Assembly: GCA_046318115.1 (NCBI GenBank)
Contig: JBKCVA010000021.1
Location: forward strand, 114-64,113
Length of the DNA stretch: 64,000 bases
Direction: 5' to 3'
DNA from: Lysobacterales bacterium
Lineage (GTDB): Bacteria; Pseudomonadota; Gammaproteobacteria; Xanthomonadales; Xanthomonadaceae
Shown here: positions 9,242-17,418 of the stretch, piece by piece
Position numbering within the stretch: the stretch's first letter is position 1
How the letters are laid out: the number at the start of each line of letters is the position of its first letter
Made by a program: the position numbers and the translations under genes
Notes under the pieces: model-generated
Database searches by the model: none
Told to the model about the DNA's origin: nothing
The model's input: only the letters and a program-made list of their open reading frames with translations

Positions 9242-9970
9242 GTGGATCTCTCGCTCACCACGCTCGGGCTGGCCGCAATCGCCGGCCTGCTCACCACGCT
9301 GTCGCCTTGCGTGCTGCCGATCCTGCCGATGGTGGCCGCCTCGGCCACCGGCCGCAGCCGCTGGGGTCTGCCAGCCTTGGCCGCGGGCCTGGCGCTGGCT
9401 TTCACCCTGATCGGAGTGACCCTTGCGCGCAGCGGCGATCTGCTGGGACTCGACGAGCGTGCCCTGCGCAGCATGGCCGGCGTGCTGATGCTGGTGCTGG
9501 GCACGGTGCTGATCAGCGCGCGCCTGCAGGCGGCGCTGTCGGGCCTGTTGTCGAAGCTCGGTTCGCTGGGCGGCAATGCCGCAGCCAAGATCCGCAGCGA
9601 GCACCCGGCCGCGCAGTTTGGCGTCGGCGCCCTGCTCGGCGTGGCCTGGAGCCCCTGCGTCGGGCCCACCCTGGGCGCGGCGATCGCGCTTGCAGCCACG
9701 GGTCAAGGCAGCGCTCAGGCCGCCGTGGTGATGTCGGTGTTCAGCGTCGGCGCGGTGCTGCCCCTGCTCGGCGCAGGACTGCTCTCACGCCAGGCCTTCG
9801 CCTGCCTGCGCGATCGCGCCCTCAGCGCGGGTGGCATCGGCAAGACGGTGATGGGCGCCAGCCTGCTGCTGGTCGGCGTGCTGGTGCTGAGCGGCCTCGA
9901 CAAGGCACTGGAAGCCTGGCTGCTCGATGTGGGGCCGAGCTGGTTGACGGAACTGAGCGTGCGGTTCTGA
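9242..9970 (+). CDS. ccdA: CcdA/DsbD-family transmembrane disulfide reductant
   Basis: LSPCVLPILP and AWSPCVGPTLG redox-Cys motifs, about 6 TM helices; GTG start. Confidence 0.88.
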   Translation: MDLSLTTLGLAAIAGLLTTLSPCVLPILPMVAASATGRSRWGLPALAAGLALAFTLIGVTLARSGDLLGLDERALRSMAGVLMLVLGTVLISARLQAALSGLLSKLGSLGGNAAAKIRSEHPAAQFGVGALLGVAWSPCVGPTLGAAIALAATGQGSAQAAVVMSVFSVGAVLPLLGAGLLSRQAFACLRDRALSAGGIGKTVMGASLLLVGVLVLSGLDKALEAWLLDVGPSWLTELSVRF

Positions 9971-10191
9971 GGCTTGGCAACGGCGGGGCCTGCTGGACTG
10001 GGGCGTGGAGATTGCCCCATGAAGGCAGGCCCCCGACGGGATCCCGACTTTGCACGCACCCTAGCCGCAGCAGCGCTTGATTCCGGGCGGAATTCGGCAA
10101 AGTCAGGGGGAGCGCCCAGACTTCCAGAGCCGCCTGCGCGGGTCTACCGTAGGAAAGGTGGCGCGTAGCCTGGAGGCAAACCGGTGGGAAT

Positions 10192-10491
10192 ATGCGATTG
10201 AGGCTGAAACCCTACGAGGCTCCGTGGCACATCACGACGCGCTCGATCACGTTCGGACTGATCGCCCTGAGCTTCGCTTCCTGGCTGACGGCATTTGCCG
10301 TCAACAGCTTCGCCCACCCGTGGTTCATGGGGGTGTTGGCCTTGGCCTTCCTGGTGTTCGGCCTGAGCGGCGCTCTCGCCTGGATTGTCTATTGCGTAGG
10401 GTTCGCGCCGGGATTTGCCGCACGGGCAGCGCGAAGAATTCGCCAGCGCATCGGAACGCGCAGGGAGGAGCAAGATCAGGATTCCCGGTGA
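10192..10491 (+). CDS. Hypothetical small membrane protein (2 TM, basic C-terminal tail)
   Basis: 99-aa ORF with two hydrophobic segments; no recognised family. Confidence 0.5.
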   Translation: MRLRLKPYEAPWHITTRSITFGLIALSFASWLTAFAVNSFAHPWFMGVLALAFLVFGLSGALAWIVYCVGFAPGFAARAARRIRQRIGTRREEQDQDSR

Positions 10492-10567
10492 CCCTCGCAC
10501 CTGCACCGCAGGCATCTTCCATCGCGTTCACGGGGTGCTTGCGCATCCGACCTCGGGGGACACTCCA

Positions 10568-11008
10568 TTGAACCTCCTCGTTAGGCGAAGACACATCTCA
10601 ACCCCGCCCGGCTATCCCGAGCGGGAGTGCTTTCTGGTTTCGTACCAGATGCCCTTCTGCAGGCACTGCTATGTGCTCTGCCACGAGCCGACAGATCCGG
10701 ATCATCCAAGTGTCGACCTCGCGACCATGAGCTTCTTCATCTCGGAGGCGCACGCGCTGTCGACGAAGGCGGTGGGAAACGCCCACTCGTTCGTCATCAT
10801 TCACAGCGGCGGCTTCGTTCGTAAGCGCCACAATCTGCACCTGCATGTCTTCGTGATCCGGAGGCGGTGGCAAAAGGCTTGGCTGTACGCGCTGTTGACA
10901 GCCATCCACGGCACCTCCGCGGCATGGAGGCTGGCGCTGGGGGCATTCGGACGCGCGCCTGCCCGGCACTTCGAGCCCAAGGGCTCTCGCCACCCGTCCG
11001 CGGACTGA
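10568..11008 (+). CDS. Divergent HIT-like protein (start uncertain: TTG 10568 or ATG 10649)
   Basis: P..RH.YVLCH, a central helix and IIHSGG....HNLHLHVFVI align by eye to the HIT fold HxHxHxx region. Confidence 0.5.
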   Translation: MNLLVRRRHISTPPGYPERECFLVSYQMPFCRHCYVLCHEPTDPDHPSVDLATMSFFISEAHALSTKAVGNAHSFVIIHSGGFVRKRHNLHLHVFVIRRRWQKAWLYALLTAIHGTSAAWRLALGAFGRAPARHFEPKGSRHPSAD

Positions 11009-11166
11009 CGCGCCGGCGAACGTGACCTCGGGTCTGGCCGGCCTCCGCATGCGTGCGCTGACCGGCTTCAGCATGGCGTTGACCTGCGCTGTTTGTGCGC
11101 GCGTGGGCGGGCTCCGCGAGTCACTCCCATTGAAAGCAAAACTGACCGCAGCGAAGGTCTCGGTTC

Positions 11167-11447
11167 GGTGGGTCAAGACCCACCCTATGCGTCGTGCGGG
11201 GTACCGGGGTTTCGAACAGCCGGACAGCCATAGGGTGGGTCTTGACCCACCAGGAACATAGGGTGGGTCTTGACCCACCGGAGCCCAACGCTCGCCTCTG
11301 TCTCGAAGAGGGCGACAATTCGCGACGAAGGGCCCAGCCCAACGCTCGCCTCGACAAGGGTCTTGCCCCCGAGCCATAGGGTGGGTCTTGACCCACCGGA
11401 GCCCCACGCTCGCCTCTGTCTCGAAGAGGGCGACAATTCGCGACAAA
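11167..11447. repeat. Composite REP/BIME-like array: four copies of CATAGGGTGGGTCTTGACCCACC (11167-11189 reverse; 11229-11251, 11257-11279, 11375-11397 forward) and a duplicated ~70-bp unit
   Basis: Identical 23-mers, each with an 8-bp hairpin; the segment GGAGCCCMACGCTCGCCTCTGTCTCGAAGAGGGCGACAATTCGCGAC follows copies 3 and 4. Confidence 0.9.
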
Positions 11448-11508
11448 CGGGGCGCCCAGCCTTGCGCGATCCGTGTTCGCGCGTCGCGACGCAATCCGGC
11501 GCTCGCGA

Positions 11509-12549
11509 CTACTCCCCGCCCCGCCCCGCGGCATCCGTGATCTCGCCAAGCGCTTCCAGCACGCTGGTCGCGAACGCGCCCGCCGGCAGGAAGAACTCGA
11601 TCTGCAGGGTCACGTCATCTTCGAAGCGCCACACCAGCTCGCGCACTGGCAGCCGCAGCGCGCGACGCTCCTGCTTGAGGTCGATCGACTCCAATCCGGC
11701 TCGCAACGCCTCGAACTGCGCCGCGCACTGCGTCTCCAGTTCGGCAAGCGCACCCGCGCAGCGCAAGGCGCCAGTGCCCCACAGCGGCCCGGTCGGGTGG
11801 ATGTCCATGCGGTGCGCGCGCTCGATCAATTCAGGCGTGATCGGCTCGGGCCCGAACACGCTGTGGCTGCCGTCGAGCATGCACACCTCGCCCTCGATCA
11901 GCTGGTCCCAGTCACCGCGCTGCACGCGTTCGCCAAGCACTGTGTTGAAGATCGCCGAGCGCGCCGACGACAGCAGGATCGAGCGCTCTTCGCGATCGAC
12001 GCGACGCCCCGCGAACATCGCCTCGGCAGCCTGAAGATTGCGGCCGTCTCGACCGAAACGCTGTGCGCCGAAGTAGTTGGGCACGCCGCGCGCAGCGATG
12101 TTGGCGAGGCGCTGTTCGATGGCCTCGCGGGCACCTTCAACCCCGCGCAGGCGCAGGTGGAAGCGGTTGCCCTTCAGCGCGCCGCGCGGAAGCTTGCGGT
12201 TGTGCCAGATCTGCTCGATCAGCACGGCTTCTGCGTCTTCAAACGGCGTGGCCGGTGCGATGCGCTTGGGCAGGTGCAGGCTGAACCACTGGCGGGTCAC
12301 CGCGTGACGATCCTTCAGCCCCGCGTAGCCCACGCCCATCGGCGCGATGCCGGCCCACTTGGCCAGCTGCTTGGCGATCCAGCCGGTGTTGGCCTGACGC
12401 TTTTCGATGCAGACAAACAGGTGCTCACCGCCGCCGCCCGGGGCGAAGCCCAGCACCTCATCGACGCGGAAATCCTCGGGCTGCTCGCGGATACGCGCAG
12501 ACAGCACCGCCTCGCCCAGCGCGCGCGGCCGCTCCGGCACCGCGCTCAT
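11509..12549 (-). CDS. truD: tRNA pseudouridine(13) synthase
   Basis: [48 protein letters not shown] motifs. Confidence 0.97.
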   Translation of the reverse strand: MSAVPERPRALGEAVLSARIREQPEDFRVDEVLGFAPGGGGEHLFVCIEKRQANTGWIAKQLAKWAGIAPMGVGYAGLKDRHAVTRQWFSLHLPKRIAPATPFEDAEAVLIEQIWHNRKLPRGALKGNRFHLRLRGVEGAREAIEQRLANIAARGVPNYFGAQRFGRDGRNLQAAEAMFAGRRVDREERSILLSSARSAIFNTVLGERVQRGDWDQLIEGEVCMLDGSHSVFGPEPITPELIERAHRMDIHPTGPLWGTGALRCAGALAELETQCAAQFEALRAGLESIDLKQERRALRLPVRELVWRFEDDVTLQIEFFLPAGAFATSVLEALGEITDAAGRGGE

Positions 12550-13028
12550 GCGCCCACCTTCTGCAGCAGGGCCACGGCCTGGGCGGCGATACCTTCCTCG
12601 CGGCCGGTGAAGCCCAGCTTCTCGCTGGTGGTGGCCTTGACGCTGACCGCGTCGACATCGATCTCAAGATCCGCCGCAAGATTCGCGCGCATGGCCTCGA
12701 TGTGCGGCAGCAGCTTGGGCCGCTCGCAGACCACGACGCTGTCGACGTTCACCACCGCCCAGCCGCGCGCTTTCAGCATCGCCAGCACGGCGCGCAGCAG
12801 GTTGCGGCTGTCCGCGCCTTTCCAGCGGTCGTCCGAGGGCGGGAAGTGCTTGCCGATATCGCCCAGCGACAGCGCGCCCAGCAAGGCGTCGCACAGGGCA
12901 TGGATCAGCACGTCGCCATCGGAGTGGGCGACGATGCCGCGGCCATGCGGGATACGCACGCCGCCGAGAGTGACGAAATCGCCGGGGCCGAAGGCGTGGA
13001 CGTCGTAGCCGGTGCCGATGCGGAACAT
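12546..13028 (-). CDS. ispF: 2-C-methyl-D-erythritol 2,4-cyclodiphosphate synthase
   Basis: [54 protein letters not shown]. Confidence 0.97.
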   Translation of the reverse strand: MFRIGTGYDVHAFGPGDFVTLGGVRIPHGRGIVAHSDGDVLIHALCDALLGALSLGDIGKHFPPSDDRWKGADSRNLLRAVLAMLKARGWAVVNVDSVVVCERPKLLPHIEAMRANLAADLEIDVDAVSVKATTSEKLGFTGREEGIAAQAVALLQKVGA

Positions 13029-13123
13029 GGCGGTTTCCTTGGGACGCGGGGCGCTGTGAAGCGGGGCGCGGATGGTGGTGCAGGCGGTGGCCGGCTGCAA
13101 GCGCTGGGTCGACGCGGCTGAAC

Positions 13124-13801
13124 TCAGAACAGACCGGGCTGCTCGGGCGCGGGCGCCAAACGCGGCCTGCGCGGCGAAGCCGGCGGCGCGCGCCCACGCT
13201 CGACCTTGAGGGCAGGCGTCTGCAGCGACAGCGCGAAGGCTTCGGCTTCGAGCAAGGACAGATCCAGCCACTGCCGCGCGTCTTCGCGCGCGACCAGCAC
13301 CGGCATGCGGTCATGCACCTCGGCGACCTGGCCACGCGCTTCGGTGGTCAGAATCGTGAAGCTCTCGACCGCCTCGTCGCCGCGCTGCCAGCGCTCCCAC
13401 AGGCCGGCGAACAGCAGGGCCCCGCCGGCGGCGGGCTCGAACAGATGCGGGATCTTGCGTCCGACCTCCTCGCGCCACTCGTACCAGCCCGAGGCCGGCA
13501 CCAGGCAGCGGCGCGCGCGGAAGGCGCCGCGGAACACCGGCTTCTCGGCGACGCTTTCGACGCGCGCATTGAAGGCCGAGAACTTCGTCGAGGGAGCTTC
13601 CGACCAGGCCGGCACCAAGCCCCAGCGCAGGCGCGCCGCGCGCAGCACGCCCTCGGCGTCGGGTCGCAGCACCCAGGCCCGCGCGGTCGGCGCGATGTTC
13701 AGCTCGATGCCGGGCGGCACCGCGGGCGCGAGCACCGGCAGCGGCGTCGAAGCCGCATGGACCTCGGCCCAGGTGGTGGCATTGGTGTAGCGACCGCACA
13801 T
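13124..13801 (-). CDS. SOS response-associated peptidase (SRAP/HMCES/YedK family)
   Basis: N-terminal [29 protein letters not shown]. Confidence 0.95.
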   Translation of the reverse strand: MCGRYTNATTWAEVHAASTPLPVLAPAVPPGIELNIAPTARAWVLRPDAEGVLRAARLRWGLVPAWSEAPSTKFSAFNARVESVAEKPVFRGAFRARRCLVPASGWYEWREEVGRKIPHLFEPAAGGALLFAGLWERWQRGDEAVESFTILTTEARGQVAEVHDRMPVLVAREDARQWLDLSLLEAEAFALSLQTPALKVERGRAPPASPRRPRLAPAPEQPGLF

Positions 13802-13912
13802 GGCAAGCTCGGCGTGAGGCGGGTCTCTAGGCTAACGCGCAGTGCCTGAAGAGCCGAGCGCAGATCATGGCGCTTGCGCTTGCGGCCTCCTTGGGGGGAG
13901 TGAAGAGCTAGA

Positions 13913-14017
13913 AGTGAGTTGTGAGTAGTGAGAGGTGCGTGGTGCGTGGTGCGTGGTGCGTGGTGCGTGGTGCGTGGTGCGTGGTGCGTGGTGCGTGGTG
14001 AGTGGTGAGTGGTGAAC
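13913..14017. repeat. Heptamer tandem array: 9 perfect GGTGCGT units (13934-13996) with degenerate (A/T/G)GTGAGT-type flanking units
   Basis: Counted directly; about 15 units in register. Confidence 0.95.
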
Positions 14018-14054
14018 GATGCTTTCGAGCCAGCCGCAGCGCGCAGACACGTTG

Positions 14055-14103
14055 CCCTTCGCCCCACGGGAGAAGGTGGCGCGCAGCGCCGGATGAGGGG
14101 CCG
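14055..14103. repeat. GGGAGAAGG-type extragenic palindromic element
   Basis: CCCTTCGCCCCACGGGAGAAGGTGGCGCGCAGCGCCGGATGAGGGG resembles the widespread proteobacterial GGGAGAAGG...GGATGAGGG intergenic repeat; single copy in this window. Confidence 0.45.
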
Positions 14104-14175
14104 TGCGGAGCGCAACGCTCCCGCGCCCCGGGCCTGCGGCACACTGTTCCACCCGCACCACGAAGAGAACACCGC

Positions 14176-14868
14176 ATGCGCAGACTCGGCCTGATCGGCG
14201 GCATGAGCTGGGAGTCCACCGCGCTCTACTACCGAGCGCTCAACGAAGGCGTGCGCGCGCGTCTGGGCGGCCTGCATTCAGCGGAGCTGCTGCTGCACAG
14301 CGTCGACTTCGCCGACATCGAGGTCCTCCAGCGTGCGGACGACTGGACGCAGGCCGGCAAGGTACTGGGCGAAGCGGCCTTGGGGCTGCAGCGCGCCGGC
14401 GCCGAAGGCCTGCTGCTGTGTACCAACACCATGCACAAGGTGGCACCGTCGATCGAGGCGCGCTGCGACCTGCCCCTGCTGCACATCGCCGATGCCACCG
14501 GTGCGGCCATCCGTGCTGCGGGTCTGAAGCGCGTGGCTCTGCTAGGCACCCGCTTCACCATGCGCGAGGCGTTCTACCGCGAGCGTCTTCGCGAGCGCTT
14601 CGACCTGGTGGTCGAGGTCCCGGACGAGGCCGCGCAGGCCGGGATCGATCGGGTGATCTTCGAGGAGCTGTGCCTCGGCCGCATCGAGAACGCCTCGCGT
14701 GCGCTGTATCGGGACGCCTGCGCGCGCCTGCTGGATGCCGGCAGCGAAGGCGTGATCCTCGGCTGCACCGAGATCGGCCTGCTGCTCAAGCCAGAAGACG
14801 TGGCCGCACCGCTCTTCGACACGGCAGCGCTGCACGTTGAGGCAGCGCTCGATTGGGCACTGGCATAG
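14176..14868 (+). CDS. Aspartate/glutamate racemase family protein (YgeA/RacX-like)
   Basis: LGLIGGMSWESTALYY, LLLCTNTMH, VILGCTEIGLL two-Cys motifs. Confidence 0.95.
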   Translation: MRRLGLIGGMSWESTALYYRALNEGVRARLGGLHSAELLLHSVDFADIEVLQRADDWTQAGKVLGEAALGLQRAGAEGLLLCTNTMHKVAPSIEARCDLPLLHIADATGAAIRAAGLKRVALLGTRFTMREAFYRERLRERFDLVVEVPDEAAQAGIDRVIFEELCLGRIENASRALYRDACARLLDAGSEGVILGCTEIGLLLKPEDVAAPLFDTAALHVEAALDWALA

Positions 14869-14958
14869 CCGCTGCGGATCGGTGACCCGCAGGCCCAGCT
14901 CTAGGGCCCTCCGCCTCCAGATCGACGCGGTGATGTGCAACGGCCCATCGAAGACGAT

Positions 14959-15047
14959 GACCGAGGCCGGTGCGGGCTCAGGGTTGGGCGGGGCCCACCC
15001 CATTGGAATCCTCCATCACAAGCCCACAGGGTGGGCCCTCGCCCACC
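14959..15047. repeat. REP-containing composite repeat, left copy flanking the CocE gene
   Basis: GACCGAGGCCGG...GGGCTCA.GG..GG.CGG.GCCCACCCCA.TGG.AATCC.CCATCAC shared with 17276-17338; followed by CACAG-GGTGGG-CCCTCG-CCCACC. Confidence 0.7.
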
Positions 15048-15244
15048 ATGGCGTGGAGGCTCGCCTGGCTCAGCGGTTTCTCGATGTTGCCTGGCGGCCC
15101 GCTCCGGTCCGTCGCTTTCCGATTCGTTAGGAGGTTCACCCCGCTCGGCCGAACATCGCAGGCCAGGTGCGGCTGCCTGCGCACGCACTGTCGGCCTTTC
15201 CGAATCGAGTGTTACTGTGTTTCGAAATCAGCCGGAGCTTTTGC

Positions 15245-17065
15245 ATGCGCGCCTTCGAAACGAGCGAGTTCAGCGTGCGCGGTCGCTGGCTGGCGCTGCT
15301 TCTGGGCCTGCTGGTGGGCGTGCCCGTCCCGCGTCCGGCGGCTGCTCAGCAGAATACGAACGCAAAGCCAGCCGCGCCCCCCGAAACCGTGTTCCAGCCG
15401 GACGTCAGGTTCCAGGCCCGCGACGGCGTCGAGCTCGCCCTGCGGCTCTGGCGTCCGGAGACCGTCGAGCAGGTCCCGGTGGTGCTGCAGCACACGCCTT
15501 ATCTGTCCGACGAAACCCATCTGCGCGCGCAGAAGTTCGTAGCGGCCGGCTTCGCCTATGCCAGCCTCGACCGTCGCGGACGCGGCGTCTCCGGCGGCGA
15601 CTACGTTCCGCTGGAAAACAGTGGCCCCGATGGCGCCGATGCCGTGGCCTAGCTGGCTGCGCAGCCCTGGTCCGACGGCCGCGTGGCGAGCATGGGCGGC
15701 TCCTATCGCGGCATGACCCAGTGGCAGATGCTGGCCGAGCAGCCTCCGGCGCTGCTGGCGGCCGCACCGACCGCATCGGTCTACCCGGGCTGGGACTTCC
15801 CGCAGCCGCGCGGGATTTTCCTGAGTTACATGGCGCAGTGGCTGGCCTTTACCGACGGACGCGCCAGCAATACCCAAGTGTTCGGCGACGTTTCCTACTG
15901 GCGCGGAAAGTACGAGCGGATCCACCGCGGCGAGCTCCCCTTCAGCGAGCTCGCGCGAATCAGCGGTGCCCCGCAGGCGCGGTTCGAGCGCTGGCTGGCG
16001 CACCCCGGCTTCGACAGCCATTGGCGGAGCCTGAATCCGAGCGCCGAGGACTACGCGCGCATGCAGCCGCCGCTGCTCAGCATCACCGGCTACTTCGACG
16101 GCGATCAGGAAGGCACGCTGCGCTACTACGAGGAGCACCTGCGCCACGCCAGCGCGGACATCGCGGATCGCCACTGGCTGCTGATCGGCCCCTGGAATCA
16201 TGCGGGCACACGCACACCGACCCGGACGGTCGGCGGCCTCGAATTCGCCGACGCCGCCATCCTCGACATCGACGCACTCCATATCGCCTGGTTCAACCAC
16301 GTACTGCGCGGCGCCGAGCGCCCCGCCGCTCTCGCTGGCAGGGTCAACTACTACGTGATGGGCGCCGAGGAATGGCGCCACGCTGACACACTGCAGGACG
16401 TTGCCGCACACACCTGGGCGCTCTACCTCGACCCGGATGGCGCCGACGCGACGTCGGTCTTCCACAGCGGTCGCCTCGGCGCCGCGCCGCCCGCGCGCGC
16501 CACCCCCAGCAGCTACCGCTTCGATCCAAGCGTCGTGCACGGTGGCGAGCCGGTTCTGACCAGCGGGCCCGACACCTATGCCGGCCATGCGGGCGCAGGC
16601 CGGCCGAACCAGCTGTTCTTCCACAGTGCGCCGCTGCCTGCAGCGCGGACGGTCTGCGGGCAGATCCGCTTCCAGGCCCACATCGAGATCGACGTACCCG
16701 ACACCGACGTGCACGTCGAGCTGTTCGAGGTGGATGCGAAGCAGGCGATCCGCTGGCTCGGCCGTGACTACCTGCGCGCTCGCTTCCGCGAAAGCTTCAG
16801 CGAAGAACGACTCGCGCAGCCCGGTCGGATCGAAACCTGGAACTTCGATCGCTTCTGGTGGACGTGCCGGCGGCTGGAAGCCGGCAGCCGGCTGCGGCTG
16901 GTGATCGGACCGGTCGACACACCCGACCTGCAGAAAAACCTGCACACGGGCGGACGCATCGGCTTCGAGCGCATGGAAGACGCGCGCACCGCCACGGTGC
17001 GCCTGCATCACGACCGCAGATACCCCAGCCGCCTGCTGCTGCCGACGGTCGAACCGATCGACTGA
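15245..17065 (+). pseudogene. Secreted CocE/NonD-family hydrolase interrupted by an in-frame TAG at 15650-15652
   Basis: ORFs 15167-15652 and 15683-17065 are in the same frame; RDGVELA..TPY..DRRGRG.SGG..DAVA*LAAQPWSDGRV..GGSYRG..IGPWNH; the stop sits where Trp is expected. Confidence 0.85.
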
Positions 17066-17275
17066 GCCTGTCGCCCGGAGCCTCAGGAACACGCCTGCCG
17101 CAGGGCACCAGGGATTCGGTCGATGCGTACCATTCGGTCAATAGGGGGATCCAAGCCCGAGAGGTTTCGCGAAGACGCTGAACAGGATGGCCCCTGACCC
17201 ACCCTCGCGTGGAGGCTCGACCCCCTCCGGGGCTTTCCCATTGGCGCGGTCGCGCGTGAGGGATCGTCGATGAGG

Positions 17276-17338
17276 GACCGAGGCCGGCGTTGGGCTCATG
17301 GTGGGCCGGCGCCCACCCCAATGGGAATCCGCCATCAC
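17276..17338. repeat. REP-containing composite repeat, right copy flanking the CocE gene
   Basis: Direct, imperfect repeat of 14959-15019. Confidence 0.7.
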
Positions 17339-17418
17339 GACACGCATGGGGTGAGCGGCGCGGGCTCAATGCTGGCCTCGGCTCGGCTCTGCGCCAAGCT
17401 GCACATCCGCGTCCGACC

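Noticed and set aside
10527-10586. Possible integron attC site (GTTCAC ... TTGAAC-CTCCTC-GTTAGGC) between the two orphan genes
   Set aside because: The right-hand core GTTAGGC and L-box-like hexamers are present, but there is no RYYYAAC inverse core upstream, no attC after the second gene and no integrase in the window; at most a decayed remnant.
10568-11008. HLH motif next to a REP array suggesting a RAYT/HUH transposase
   Set aside because: It lacks the RAYT N-terminal T and NPxxxG/Y motifs and catalytic Tyr helix; the surrounding pattern fits a HIT-like fold better.
11167-11447. CRISPR-like array
   Set aside because: Repeats occur in both orientations, spacers are irregular (39, 5 and 95 bp) and partly identical to each other, and no cas genes are present.
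15650-15652. Pyrrolysine or programmed amber recoding
   Set aside because: The position corresponds to a conserved Trp one transition away, and no pyl genes or suppressor tRNA are in the window.
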